25,450 bases of DNA from Ginkgo biloba (GCA_024626585.2 JANKJI020000004.1:121626865-121652314), one strand, 5' to 3'. Numbered from the stretch's first letter, positions 1-11,581 are shown. Made by a program: numbers and translations. Notes: generated from the sequence alone by a model not told the origin.

Positions 1-54
1 ATTTCCTAATCTATTCTAATATTATAATGTGACCATTATACATATATTCTAACA
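1..54. mobile_element. End of a probable LTR (…TATTCTAACA) nested into the gag-like ORF next to it
   Basis: Ends in TTCTAACA, the same terminus as the TSD-flanked element at 19940-20229 (…ATAATTCTAACA). The ORF 213->55 stops exactly on entering it (TGT TAG). Runs off the window edge. Confidence 0.45.
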
Positions 55-976
55 CATTTGCCGATTCACATTCATTTGTTGAAACAGATTTAAAATTTTG
101 CATAATGCCCTTTCCACAACATCCATTATTTGATTTATGGGTTTGAAATTCTCTTCCAAAACATTCCACAGGGTTGATTCTTCATCAATATTGTCCTTAT
201 TGCTTCCAAACATCTTTGTTTAATTGAGCACTCAAAGAATCCTCCCCAAAACCCACAATAACAAAACCGATGGCTCTAATGCCACTGTTAAGACCCCTAT
301 TTACTTTTACAATAAGCGGACTTATAGAAAAATTGACTTGACTAAAACCAACAACACCACATGCCAAGAGTCAAATGTCTAAAATATCCAAGCTAAACAC
401 TAACTAGATTCTGATATCTATTAAGAAAAAATTTCAAATTCTGATGGTCCTAAACCAACACTGAGAATAAACAGTAACAACTCTTTTCAGTAATGAATTG
501 ACTTTCATATAACTATATAGGACAGCAAGAAATACTCCTAAAACAAGGCCGAATGAAGAGCTAAATTCATCAAATAAAACTCAATACAAAATCCAAGTTC
601 AATACATCAAGTACAATAGCCCAATCTCAATCCTAGCACCATAGAAAATACGTTGTTAATGCAACAAATCCGATCTGAACTCAACCCACAAAAGGGCACT
701 CTATTGCTATAGTAAAGTGGTACAAAGATGAAAACTAAAGTCCTGACAGTGCTGCTAGGGAGAAGAATTTCATGGAGATAAACACTTATGTGAAGCATTG
801 GAAATGCTCAATACTCCAACTTAGGATAGAATGAATCCTCTCTTAAACTCGTACTAAATTTCCAACTACACAGACAGACTTGAAGACACTATTTTGAAGT
901 CAAGGTAAACCGCCATAGATTGGAGAGTGTTATTTGCGGTCTCCTATAAAAGCATGGACCACCACTTATCTCTACA
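55..976 (-). mobile_element. 5' part of an LTR retrotransposon: LTR (286 to about 976), tRNA-Met-type PBS (272-284), start of a gag-like ORF (213->55)
   Basis: Minus strand reads …TTAACA G TGGCATTAGAGCC, i.e. an LTR end plus a PBS close to the consensus TGGTATCAGAGCC. It is followed by a 53-codon ORF MFGSNKDNIDEESTLWNVLEENFKPINQIMDVVERALCKILNLFQQMNVNRQM. The distal LTR end (CA at 976, before a gap) is a guess. Confidence 0.6.
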
Positions 977-1230
977 TNNNNNNNNNNNNNNNNNNNNNNN
1001 NNNNNNNNNNNNNNNNNNNNATCTTGAGGAACATAATATGCCATCCCTCTTAGTATGTTTCGCCCTTAAAGCATGGTTCACCATCATCCAATTGTGCTTT
1101 CACACCTATAGGACCACCTGTTGGGATCTAAGAGTCTCCCTTTGATTTCATTACATTCAACCCCTTTTGAGATGCTTTTCCTATAAAGCATCAGTTCAAG
1201 TGTACTTATGTCCTCTTTTAATGTCATCAT

Positions 1231-1792
1231 CAAGGTTGCATGGGTGCGTGGGGACGGGGGNNNNNNNNNNNNNNNNNNNNNNNNNNNNNNNNNNNNNNNN
1301 NNNNNNNNNNNNNNNNNNNNNNNNNNNNNNNNNNNNNNNNNNNNNNNNNNNNNNNNNNNNNNNNNNNNNNNNNNNNNNNNNNNNNNNNNNNNNNNNNNNN
1401 NNNNNNNNNNNNNNNNNNNNNNNNNNNNNNNNNNNNNNNNNNNNNNNNNNNNNNNNNNNNNNNNNNNNNNNNNNNNNNNNNNNNNNNNNNNNNNNNNNNN
1501 NNNNNNNNNNNNNNNNNNNNNNNNNNNNNNNNNNNNNNNGGAATTGGTTAGAAAGGGGAAATGGGGTTGAAACAAGATAAATGAAATTATGGTCTCGCAT
1601 CATAACCTATATTTTTTATTGGCATCAATGAAGTTTTATCATAGGATATCCAATAAATTTTGAGTCCCGCTTTGGGGACGGTACCCGGGGACGACCGAGT
1701 GCAACCCGATCGTCCTGGATATTGGAGGTACCCGCACCCGCGTCCCGAGTTCGAGTCCCCTACCGAACAAGGACACGCACCCGACAACCCTA
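1231..1792. mobile_element. Non-autonomous hAT-type DNA transposon (MITE-like)
   Basis: Imperfect TIRs: CAAGGTTGCATGGGTGCGTG at left versus reverse complement TAGGGTTGTCGGGTGCGTG at right. 8-bp TSD GTCATCAT (1223-1230) / GTCGTCAT (1793-1800). GC-rich subterminal repeats (GGGGACG, CGCACCCG, GTACCCG). The interior is partly an N gap. Confidence 0.8.
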
Positions 1793-2698
1793 GTCGTCAT
1801 TTTTCATCACTCAGTTCCTTCTATCTCACGAACGTTTCCCTTAGCGTTGATGAACCAATGTTTTGAAGATAGACATTTGTGGTCTCACCATTTGACTTCA
1901 TGATAATACCAATGTTTATATGGTTATGCTTGCTTAGATCCTAGTTCTTTCATAATGGTTGAGGTAGTGGTATGAAGATCTTGCACTTGATAGTCCTTCA
2001 TTCGTTATGTTTCCTTTAAGTGTTGACATTGTTGCTTATCATGGTCTTGTGTCAATTCGCTTTTAATCTCCTCCCGATGTGATGTGACATGTATCCTTGG
2101 TCCATTTGTTGATAAAGGCCTCACTATTACTGAAACTTTAGGAGAAATCCATACCATTATGCACTGGATTCCATGTGTTGCATCAACAATTCCCTCTTTT
2201 ACAACTTCCTCCTGTTCAACTATTTCACCTTTAGCTTCTTCATCATCTCCTTGCACTTCTTCCTCTTTTATGCATCCTTCACGTAAAACATCTGCTTCAT
2301 GATGATATTCTTCTTCTTGTTTGCCATCGTCATCGTCTTTTTCTTTCTCGCCTATATCATGTCGTGTGCTTTTTCTACTCCTCCTAGTGTAACTTCTTAT
2401 TGTATCACTTCTTCCTCTTGCTTGGAAATTGGTGGTACATGCCTTAACTTCTAAAGCAGACTTGGAGGTCAGGCCATGGAGAAAGCATGCGGAAGCAGGT
2501 ATTTGAAGGAATCAAATATGAATTGTATTGAAATTGTATTGATTGATATATGTCATACAATGAATATACAGTGATATATAGACTACTTTTCCTAGGGTNN
2601 NNNNNNNNNNNNNNNNNNNNNNNNNNNNNNNNNNNNNNNNNNNNNNNNNNNNNNNNNNNNNNNNNNNNNNNNNNNNNNNNNNNNNNNNNNNNNNNNNN

Positions 2699-2964
2699 CA
2701 TGATCCTATTGCCATATTAGATGAAAGAACTAGAAGGCTATGGAATAGAAATATTCTAGAATATTTGGTGGAGTGGTCAAATAAACCAATTGAAGAAGCT
2801 AATTGGGAATCAACTTTTTGTGAGAGGAGCATGTGTCATTGGGGACAATGATCTCCATAGCGTGGGGAGAGATTTTATAGCCCAACAAATCCAACTAAGT
2901 TTTATCTCAAAGANNNNNNNNNNNNNNNNNNNNGCCAACACTTATGTCTTAGAGTTATTAGTCT

Positions 2965-3000
<36 letters not shown>

Positions 3001-3903
3001 CAAAAAGAAGGCCCTCGAATTAAGCTAGTGTAGGGTGCCTCCAATGGGGTGATTATATGTATCCAACACCATCATGGAAGAATGGTTGCTATTAACACAT
3101 CTCCAAGGACAAGTCCATCTCTTCGATGGGGAGGCTAAGCCCAATTTTTCTTATACATGCAGAGGTTGCATAGGGCTTGAACAACCTTTTGTCATCATTA
3201 TAATCATTGAGCTTAAGGTGCATTTGTTCCTCTCTTCTAATCTAGACTTCTAGCTACATAGTGGAGCACTACACTTTGTACTACTTTCTTGCATACTGCT
3301 AAACATAATTTGAGTCCAAAAGGTGACGTCTCATGTGTAATATTTTCTACATATGAGCACTTATATGTTGCATTTTAGGCAAGGCATTTCACTCTTAAGA
3401 GTTTCTCCTAACTGAGAGTATTATTTGAGGCTATGTAGAAAGTGATGCAATCTTTTTTAATAGGGTTGCTTGTTATTTTCGAGCATAATTAAATCCAGTT
3501 TAGGGTTTTGTAGCAAAGCACTTCAGTTCCAGGTTGTGAAGCAAGGCATTTTTATCCATAGACTCATTTGACATCTTCAACTAGAGCATTTCATTTGTAT
3601 AAGTCTTTGGATTTTGTAAGTATTATAAAACTCAGGCATTTTTCTAGAATTTTAGTTTTTAGATAATATTATAAACTATTTGAATTTTTTTTGTATAAAT
3701 TAGTATAAACAATATAAGCTAGAATGTTGAAAACTTGTTCAAATAAATTAATATAAATATTCTAACACCATGATTTTCTAAAAACTACTCATACAAAGTA
3801 GGGCAACTCCTATAGATTCGTTGTTATGATGCATTTATGATAATCTAATATTCCTTGGTGTTAGATATTAATTTCAAATATAGGAAAGTACTCCTTTGCA
3901 TCA
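2699..3903 (+). mobile_element. Ty3/Gypsy chromovirus 3' end: integrase chromodomain, PPT and 3' LTR (about 2873-3903)
   Basis: Frame from 2699 reads HDPIAILDERTRRLWNRNILEYLVEWSNKPIEEANWES (chromodomain pattern YLVxW…EATWE). Purine tract GGGGAGAGA at 2864-2872. Downstream sequence has patchy similarity to the LTR at 17162-18086. LTR ends are approximate. Confidence 0.75.
2967..2996. repeat. (AG)15 microsatellite inside the LTR
   Basis: Perfect dinucleotide run read directly. Confidence 0.95.
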
Positions 3904-4282
3904 TGTAGGTGTTTTCCCCTACTTTTCTATAGAAACCCTAGAGACTAGTTAGGGCAGCATGGTAATAGCCAATAACCTATTGAGGGATTGATATGATTGA
4001 TATGCCCTATAATGGATGGTTTCATATGATTATGCATTCAATTTTAGGCATGCCTGACATTAAGATTATGAGATACCCTAGGAGGGAGAGCTATGCTATG
4101 GTAACCCTCAAAGGATCCATTCTATGGAGTTGTTATGCAACCATAGGGTTTTTATTAGTTTAATACAAACATTAGTCTCTAATCTAAGACTAATTCTGAT
4201 GGTTGAACCTACGTGTTTAAGCGCACTTTTGGTAATTCCATGAAGGCTTCTTAGCCATCTCACTTTAAATATTATCCTGTGG

Positions 4283-4373
4283 TTAGTATAATAAGCTCCT
4301 AAATATATAAAGAGGAATCATCTGTTTAAATTGTTTATGGACAGTGCAGATACAAGATGAATTTTGGTTAATT
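4283..4373 (-). CDS. Candidate terminal exon of the STICHEL-like gene
   Basis: Strong acceptor TTTCTGTCTTTCATTGTGCAG|A, phase-compatible with the donor at 4562 (189-nt intron). Adds (L)INQNSSCICTVHKQFKQMIPLYIFRSLLY*. The peptide is not recognisably conserved. Confidence 0.4.
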
Positions 4374-4562
4374 CTGCACAATGAAAGACAGAAATTATAA
4401 GAAGTTGCTATACTATATCCTTTGACTTCTAAAGTAAAAGAATGGAAAACATTTGAAACTTTGTAAAACAAAATTAGTTTATGTAATGTTCTAACTATTT
4501 CATGTTCTGGGATGAATGAAAGTACACTTTAGCTGCAGTATGAAGAAAAAATTTGTGCTTAC

Positions 4563-5373
4563 AAGTTTTCGTCTTCAAAACTAGCTGCAAAAGAGTTGTG
4601 ATTGAGAGAGCTTGAACATGAAATATGGGGATCATCACTCCTCGCACTCTGCTGCTTTTGGACATCATTGTGGAGATTGAATGTAGCTTGTCTCTTACTG
4701 TTTTCCATTCCTTCTTTCTTCTGTAACACAGCCCCCAATGGTATCATGACAGTATTACCATAAGATGCAATTCCATTTTGAAAGTCAATGACATCTTGGG
4801 AATGCACTTGCTCCTTTTCAGGCTTTATGATGTCTGACAGCCCAGAAGCACATTTCTCCAACCCTTGTGACCAAGCACTCTTCAGTCTCTGCTCATCTGG
4901 AATTGCATCCTTCAATATCCTTGAACCTTCCTGTTTATCACGACAAGAGCTATTTTGGTTGCTCCTTTCAGTCATGTTTACTGCTTGAAGACCTTGCATT
5001 GGTGTTGGTGCCTCCCCATGTGGTATTTCTGGAAAAAGCTGGGATCCATTTGCTACATAGTGAGTTTTCTTAAATGTTTCTCCATGCATCCTTTGTTCAG
5101 AATCAATTACAGGGATCTGCAACTGATGCCTGCCTTCTTCTGCTGTCACGCTAGACCTCTTTTTCTGTCCACTGATTGATGACTTTGTGAACTCAGTTGA
5201 GCCTTTTCTGCACTTAATATTCCCTGTTTCAGCTGGGAGAGATCCAAGATTGATTCTAACTTCCACATTGCAACCTAATACATGTTGAAGTGAATTTGCA
5301 ATACTCTTCCAGGATCTTTCAGCTCTAGATATATGATCTGGATGCCAGAATTCTAATTGAGCAATTGCTAAAC
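4563..5373 (-). CDS. STICHEL-like protein, C-terminal large exon
   Basis: Acceptor TCTGCAG|GT at 5374/5373, phase 1. Reads GLAIAQLEFWHPDHISRAERSWKSIANSLQHVLGCNVEVRINL…EQRLKSAWSQ…FEDENL. Ends at donor-like TT|GTAAGC, or at TAA 4561-4559 if unspliced. Confidence 0.88.
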
Positions 5374-5887
5374 CTGCAGATGGTGCCCTATTAGCAAGGC
5401 CCTAAACTTATCAAGAAAGCAAAGAAAGAAAGGGAAAATACTATTTACCCATAATGCATCAACCAGAAATAAACAGACGATCAAAGAAAAATAGTTAGAC
5501 AAACCNNNNNNNNNNNNNNNNNNNNNNNNNNNNNNNNNNNNNNNNNNNNNNNNNNNNNNNNNNNNNNNNNNNNNNNNNNNNNNNNNNNNNNNNNNNNNNN
5601 NNNNNNNNNNNNNNNNNNNNNNNNNNNNNNNNNNNNNNNNNNNNNNNNNNNNNNNNNNNNNNNNNNNNNNNNNNNNNNNNNNNNNNNNNNNNNNNNNNNN
5701 NNNNNNNNNNNNNNNNNNNNNNNNNNNNNNNNNNNNNNNNNNNNNNNNNNNNNNNNNNNNNNNNNNNNNNNNNNNNNNNNNNNNNNNNNNNNNNNNNNNN
5801 NNNNNNNNNNNNNNNNNNNNNNNNNNNNNNNNNNNNNNNNNNNNNNNTGGCATAATCAGAATATTAAAAAACAAATTCTGTGCCTAC

Positions 5888-6091
5888 CTTCTGCTTCAGA
5901 AACTGAAACCAACTTTCCTTCTGTATGCAACAACTGCCTCAAAGTACTTGAACGGCATTCTTCTATAGTCTTCCTCCAAATGTCATCCAACTTGTTTGTC
6001 TTAATACATGTTAACTCTGTTTGACCTGACTCACCGATATTGTCCATATTAAGAGGAGAACCCTCTACTCTCTCAGTTGAAGTGAATCCTC
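5888..6091 (-). CDS. STICHEL-like protein, internal exon (204 nt)
   Basis: Acceptor GCTGTGCAG|GA, donor GAAG|GTAGGC, phase 1 to 1. Encodes GFTSTERVEGSPLNMDN…KLDDIWRKTIEECRSSTLRQLLHTEGKLVSVSEAE, a conserved STICHEL-family block. Confidence 0.88.
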
Positions 6092-6201
6092 CTGCACAGC
6101 AACAGGGTTATAATAGATGTATGATAACATCCTTAAGTTGGAGATTGGTTTTCCCTTAGTTTTCTCTTGAGAATGCATGAAACGTAAGTTCTTTGAATTA
6201 C

Positions 6202-6528
6202 CATTTCTATTTGATGTCCTACGCTTTTTCACAGTCATTGAATCCAAGCACTCAAGTTGAGCCTCAGACTGCTTTTCCTTATCCCACATTTGCCTAGCTG
6301 GTGAGTCAAAATAGAGCAGCCCTTTTTCAGTCCTGTTTTTCAAAGCTATTGGGCTTTGAATGACACTGGTACCAGCAGATTTGGGAAACATAAGGGACCG
6401 ACCAGGACCAAACTGCAACAGAGCTGCTGTCAGCCATGTTGTCTGATCATTCGATGCTCTCAGCTGTTTCTCTGCTTCAGAAAGAATCCTCAATGCCCGT
6501 CTTAGTCTCTCTAGGTCTTCTTCAGTCA
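6202..6528 (-). CDS. STICHEL-like protein, internal exon (327 nt)
   Basis: Acceptor TATTTGCAG|TG, donor AATG|GTAATT, phase 1 to 1. Encodes TEEDLERLRRALRILSEAEKQLRASNDQTTWLTAALLQFG (Pol III gamma/tau domain III-like region of STICHEL proteins). Confidence 0.9.
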
Positions 6529-6970
6529 CTGCAAATACAGGAAAGGTTATCCATGCCAACAGATTTAGTTGTACACAATCCACACAAATCACAACAGAAG
6601 AAAAGATTTTATGTAATACATCTTGTACTAATCAATGATAACAAAATGATAAGATGTAGACTCACATCAAATGAGGTAGATAAGAGATGGCATTAGGCAA
6701 TGAAGCATGTTATGTTTTCCATTCAAACATGTGTGGAAGCAGACCAATTAATCCATCTATCCATATCCAATGCTCAAGCAAACAGGATTAACAAACATAG
6801 AACATGAGGGCCTGGTCTCTTTAGGAAGCACTATTAAAAAGTTGCATAAAGCACAAGCAGTACCAAAACTCAAGAAGGCTGATGTAGCAAAGTTACATAA
6901 AGTAAAAGACACCTGTCGGTATGTAAATTTTAATGGAAGCATAAAGAAGAAAAGGAATTGCATATTGCAT

Positions 6971-7378
6971 GATAAACACGGCAATGTGATATGCTACCAG
7001 TTCCTCAACAAACCCAATCACCTTCTGTGTACTAGTCTGCCAAAACACTTTGGGGTTCAGCAAGCTCTTCGTTGGATTGTTGAACCTAAACAAACAGATT
7101 TGAATTTTCTGTTTTCTACTGCATAGAATGGGCCAGATCCAATATTCACTTTAAATTCAAACAAACAAATTCACTTCAATTTGCTGTTTATGACTGCACA
7201 GAATGGATCAGATAAACACAGGAACGTGATATGCTACCAGTTTCTCAACAAACCCAATAACCTTCTGCATAGTAGTCTGCCAAAACACTTTGGGATGCAG
7301 CAAACTCTTACTTGCATTGTTGAGCCTAAACAAACAGATTTGAATTTGCTGTTTTCTACTGCATAGAATGGGCCAGAT
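6971..7378. repeat. Intronic direct duplication: 168-bp copies at 6971-7138 and 7211-7378 (offset 240)
   Basis: Ungapped hand alignment gives 16 mismatches in 168. The spacer holds a degenerate partial third copy (AAACAAACA…TTTGCTGTTT…CTGCACAGAATGG). Confidence 0.95.
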
Positions 7379-8506
7379 ATTATCCACAGGATTTTATACC
7401 TCCCTAAAAAAGAGCATTAACAATCCAGGCCATATTTGTGTCACTGGTCTAGACCAGAAGCCTTTTAGGATATGAGATTGACTATTCAACTGTAGCCACT
7501 ATTTCCAGATTAAGTTTTACCCTGGACCAGTATGTTCCAACCTCATGATGTGCATCTGTCAACAACTGCTATAAACCAGTAGTTTACACCTGCTGACTGC
7601 AACTTATTTGGACAATTTTCATAAGTTGGATTTTGGAGACTGCCAATGCATCTGCAAGTCCAATTTGTACATTATCCCATTTCCTCCTGCTTTCGAGATT
7701 TGTATCAAGGGCGCCCATCAGCTCAACTTCTTGACTTAAAGGGCAGATAGAGACCTCAAAAGAACAGTACAACTTAATATACTTACATTTCACGGCATTT
7801 TCTTCAAAGTGAGATTCATCATAAGTTTAGCCTCAATTTGTGAGAGGTAACAAGTTTACCATGATGCAAAAATTAACAATCACAATAGTGAATTGCTAGT
7901 GTTACGTATTCAGTTCATAAGTTTAAAACCTTGGAATGGAAGCAACAAAGGTGTAAAAAGTTCAGTCGGGGCATTTGATGACATTGCTTGCAATTTCCTC
8001 TGTTGATGTTCAATGTTCCTCGGACAATATGGGACATAACTGCAGGAGTTGAGTATTCATACTGCCATTTCAAAAGAACATAGGAGAGATGTTGTCCTGA
8101 ATAAGTGGTCTATTCAAGGAAAAAGAAGAGAGCCCTTTATCATTAAAAAAAATGTATTATTACATATCTTTAAATTTTGTTTGTCTTCGAGTATCAGTCC
8201 CAGCACAAGATTTTACAAAAATTGCTCCAGCGATATCAAATATACCATGTTATGTGAGCATTGTCCATTGGTCTTTTATTAAACAAAATAAATTTATTTC
8301 CCAAATATAGGCACTATCTAGACCAGTTATAAACATGATGATATTATTGAAATGTCTACATGATAAGTGACAAATGAATTCTGTAGTTCCATATCCAAGA
8401 GTGCCANNNNNNNNNNNNNNNNNNNNNNNNNNNNNNNNNNNNNNNNNNNNNNNNNNNNNNNNNNNNNNNNNNNNNNNNNNNNNNNNNNNNNNNNNNNNNN
8501 NNNNNN

Positions 8507-10029
8507 TAGAAGGACCAACACATATTCATTCACTAAGGATAGAAGCAGGATCAAACTCCTTCCTTTGAAGGAGGAAGAACCCAAGGAGATGGCATTAGCT
8601 ACCAAGGAAGTGCCAAGGAAAGTATAGGTGACCAGAGTGTGATATGCACTTATGGCCGAGAAGGTAGAAGAGATATATGAGAAGCTACTGGAGGATCCTA
8701 TATGGAGTACATGATGAATCACCTATGGTACATGANNNNNNNNNNNNNNNNNNNNNNNNNNTGATGAAAGTGAGGAAGGCAAATCTAGTGCATTATAACA
8801 AGATGAATCACTCGACATAGATATTGCTAATATATATGGAGGCTAGGAAAGTTGGATAAGGCATAATAAAAAAGAGAAGTCTAAAATGAATATGTTGGGA
8901 AATGAGCATATATATGGTGGTGATGACCATGCTGAGAAGAAACAAAGAAAGGAAGTGAATGTGCATGTGGTGACCATAAATCAAGTCACATTGAATGAAC
9001 GAATGAATGGTGAAGAGAGGACATTAGCAGAACCCAAGCAAGCTCATGTGGAATCAAGACAATAGCTAACAACATACAATAGCCGACACAGGAAAAAAGA
9101 AGCAAATTGTTGTCCAAAGGAAACACTCAAAATGTGGGAGCAAAATCGAGGGTGTTGGATGATCAACAAAGAAGAGAACGAGACAAAGCATGAGCAGAAG
9201 CACATGCGAAATTTTTTAAGTCAGGGAAGATGATGCACGAGCATCCCTATGGTGCACGCAGGAGTGCAAGTTTTGAATTATCGGGGGTATGTATTTTCAG
9301 CATTTGGAGATCTCAGAAAGTCCGAGTTTTGGTGGACTTCACTAAATACCCGAGGTTCCCACAGACCCAAAAAGGGTATTAAAAAAGAATTGAGGCACCA
9401 AGGCATTTTGGGGGGAGTTATATTTTCAAAGGAGTTAGGCTTACGGTTACTCGAAGGTTTGCAAGGTGTGAGTACAACATCCCACATCAAAAGCCTTGAG
9501 GAGCGAGCACAAACACAAAAGAAAAGTGAAATGGGATGAAAGAAGGTCATGCACCCAAGAGTGAGCAGTGTTTAGAAGTCAGAAGACCCAAGGAGATCGT
9601 GTAAAGTGATGGTGAGAGGAGGAGAAGAGCCAAAGCCCGCAGAGCCTAAGTCCAAGTTAAAAACAGTTGAGAGGAGGCGCCAAAGGGTCCCACGTGCCCT
9701 TGAAAGAAGCGAAGCAGGTGTTCGTTTGTATGTTTTAGGTTTCAGGCATCAGAGGTCTGAGACTCGTCGTTGGAGATCGCTCTTGGAGAAACCCCGGGTG
9801 CCACGAACCCAAAAGAGATTAGAAAATGCAGGAGAAAGGCATTACGTCCGAGGGAGCCCTAGCAAGAAGACGGTTCAAAGTTCAGGGATCGAGAGAGCAC
9901 CATGACAAAACGTTGCCCAAGGAAAGAAAAGCCCAATAAAGGAGAAAGCCCGAAGAGTTCTCAGGAGGACACATGGCTAAAGATCCATTAGAAGAGAGTA
10001 AATGGGGAATCAAGTCTAACATGACATTC
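8507..10029. mobile_element. Probable decayed retroelement-derived sequence, unclassified
   Basis: Purine-skewed broken reading frames followed by a GC-richer LTR-like stretch ending near TCTAACA (10021), bounded by gaps. No diagnostic motif or TSD found. Confidence 0.3.
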
Positions 10030-10129
10030 NNNNNNNNNNNNNNNNNNNNNNNNNNNNNNNNNNNNNNNNNNNNNNNNNNNNNNNNNNNNNNNNNNNNNNN
10101 NNNNNNNNNNNNNNNNNNNNNNNNNNNNN

Positions 10130-10632
10130 ATTTGCCTCCCAAAATGGAACAAATAGGTTTTGCATTAAGTGACTACTATCAGAAAAGTCACTCTCTATTA
10201 GCTAGGAAGAGGAATGTTAACAAGCACCATGTCTACCAAGAAGAATAAGCAACAATCTGACCTTACCTGTCAGCTCAGTAGGGCTGGTACAGTTTCAGAT
10301 TTGTCTCTAAAGCAGGTTGGGTGGAGAAATAGCTATACAGATTTCACAGCAGAAAGGAAATGAAAAGCAAGCATTAAATAACAACATTGACTCCAAAAAT
10401 AAAATGAAGAGGTTTTGCAATAAGTGGCTACAATTAGTAAAGTCACTCTCTACTAGATAGGAAGAGGAATGTTATTACAAGCACAATGTGTGCCAAGAAT
10501 AAACAATAATCTGATCTTACCAGCAAGCCCAGTAGGTGTAGTACAGTTTTGGATTCATTTTTAAAGTAGGTTGGGTGGAGAAACAGAGCATACAGACTGT
10601 ACAGTAGAAGGGAAGTGAAAACACAAGCATTA
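10130..10632. repeat. Head-to-tail tandem duplication, unit about 255 bp (10130-10385, 10386-10632)
   Basis: Shared blocks GGTTTTGCA, AAAGTCACTCTCTA, TAGGAAGAGGAATGTTA, AATCTGA-CTTACC, AGGTTGGGTGGAGAAA and CAAGCATTA occur in both copies. Confidence 0.92.
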
Positions 10633-11581
10633 TTTATCATTCATATCAGTTATGGGCACCCATCTCTCACAACTGCATTACAAATGAATGAGAAAACCAT
10701 GTTTTGTTTCTGCTCATGCAGTGTTCCTTCTGAATGTTTGATGAATCTTTCCATTGCTTAGGAGTTACTGTTGTTCAACCAGTGTAATGGCAGATGGCAG
10801 GTTTGCTCCCATTGACACCTACCAATTTATGCAAGGTTGGAGGATTACTCTTTGGTAGTGAGTGTTTTATGAATTTGAGCCAGGACTGTGGTACTCTAAT
10901 GGGCTCCATGTAATTAAGTGCTAGATTTTCTGTGACACTTTGATGATGCCTGCTCCAGAATTGGATGCTAAAACCACATGCAAGTTCATGCTCGTGGCAT
11001 GGGATGGTTAAGAAAGCAAATGAGTTCAGANNNNNNNNNNNNNNNNNNNNACCATTATTAAAGATGTTGCATGAACTTAGAGATCATCAGAATAAGGTAT
11101 GCTTGCATCTTTGAACTTGACTTTTGCACCCGTTTCGTTATTCAAAAGAACTTAATCACTTGAAACCATAGTTATTCCAAAGGTTTATACTAGGTTCAAC
11201 TTTCATTTCTATTTCCTGAAAGTTCCCCTTTCTACAATGGTATAAGAGCCAAGTCTACTTCACAATTGAAGTTGCAAAGATGCTTAGACCACCCAAAACT
11301 AGAGATCGTAAGGGAGCAATTAAGGGCTCGAGGGGCCCATGTGAAGATGTTGGAAGTAATTCTCACTTGCAATCAAGCTGGCCATCAAATTAACAACAAT
11401 AATGTAGCCATTAAAGCAAGAGGAGAGAATTGGTTCGAAGAGTGTACCAATGTCAACAAAGACCAAAGAGAAGAGGAATTTNNNNNNNNNNNNNNNNNNN
11501 NNNNNNNNNNNNNNNNNNNNNNNNNNNNNNNNNNNNNNNNNNNNNNNNNNNNNNNNNNNNNNNNNNNNNNNNNNNNNNNNN

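Noticed and set aside
1084-1603. Multiple 100-160 aa ORFs here, and similar X-rich ORFs elsewhere
   Set aside because: Artefacts of translating through N gaps.
1801-2598. Possible decayed gag and LTR fragment on the minus strand
   Set aside because: Only compositional skew and broken acidic ORFs; no diagnostic motif or boundaries.
7584-7793. ORF with ELMGALD as the missing STICHEL exon
   Set aside because: No match to the expected conserved block and no phase-compatible splice sites found.
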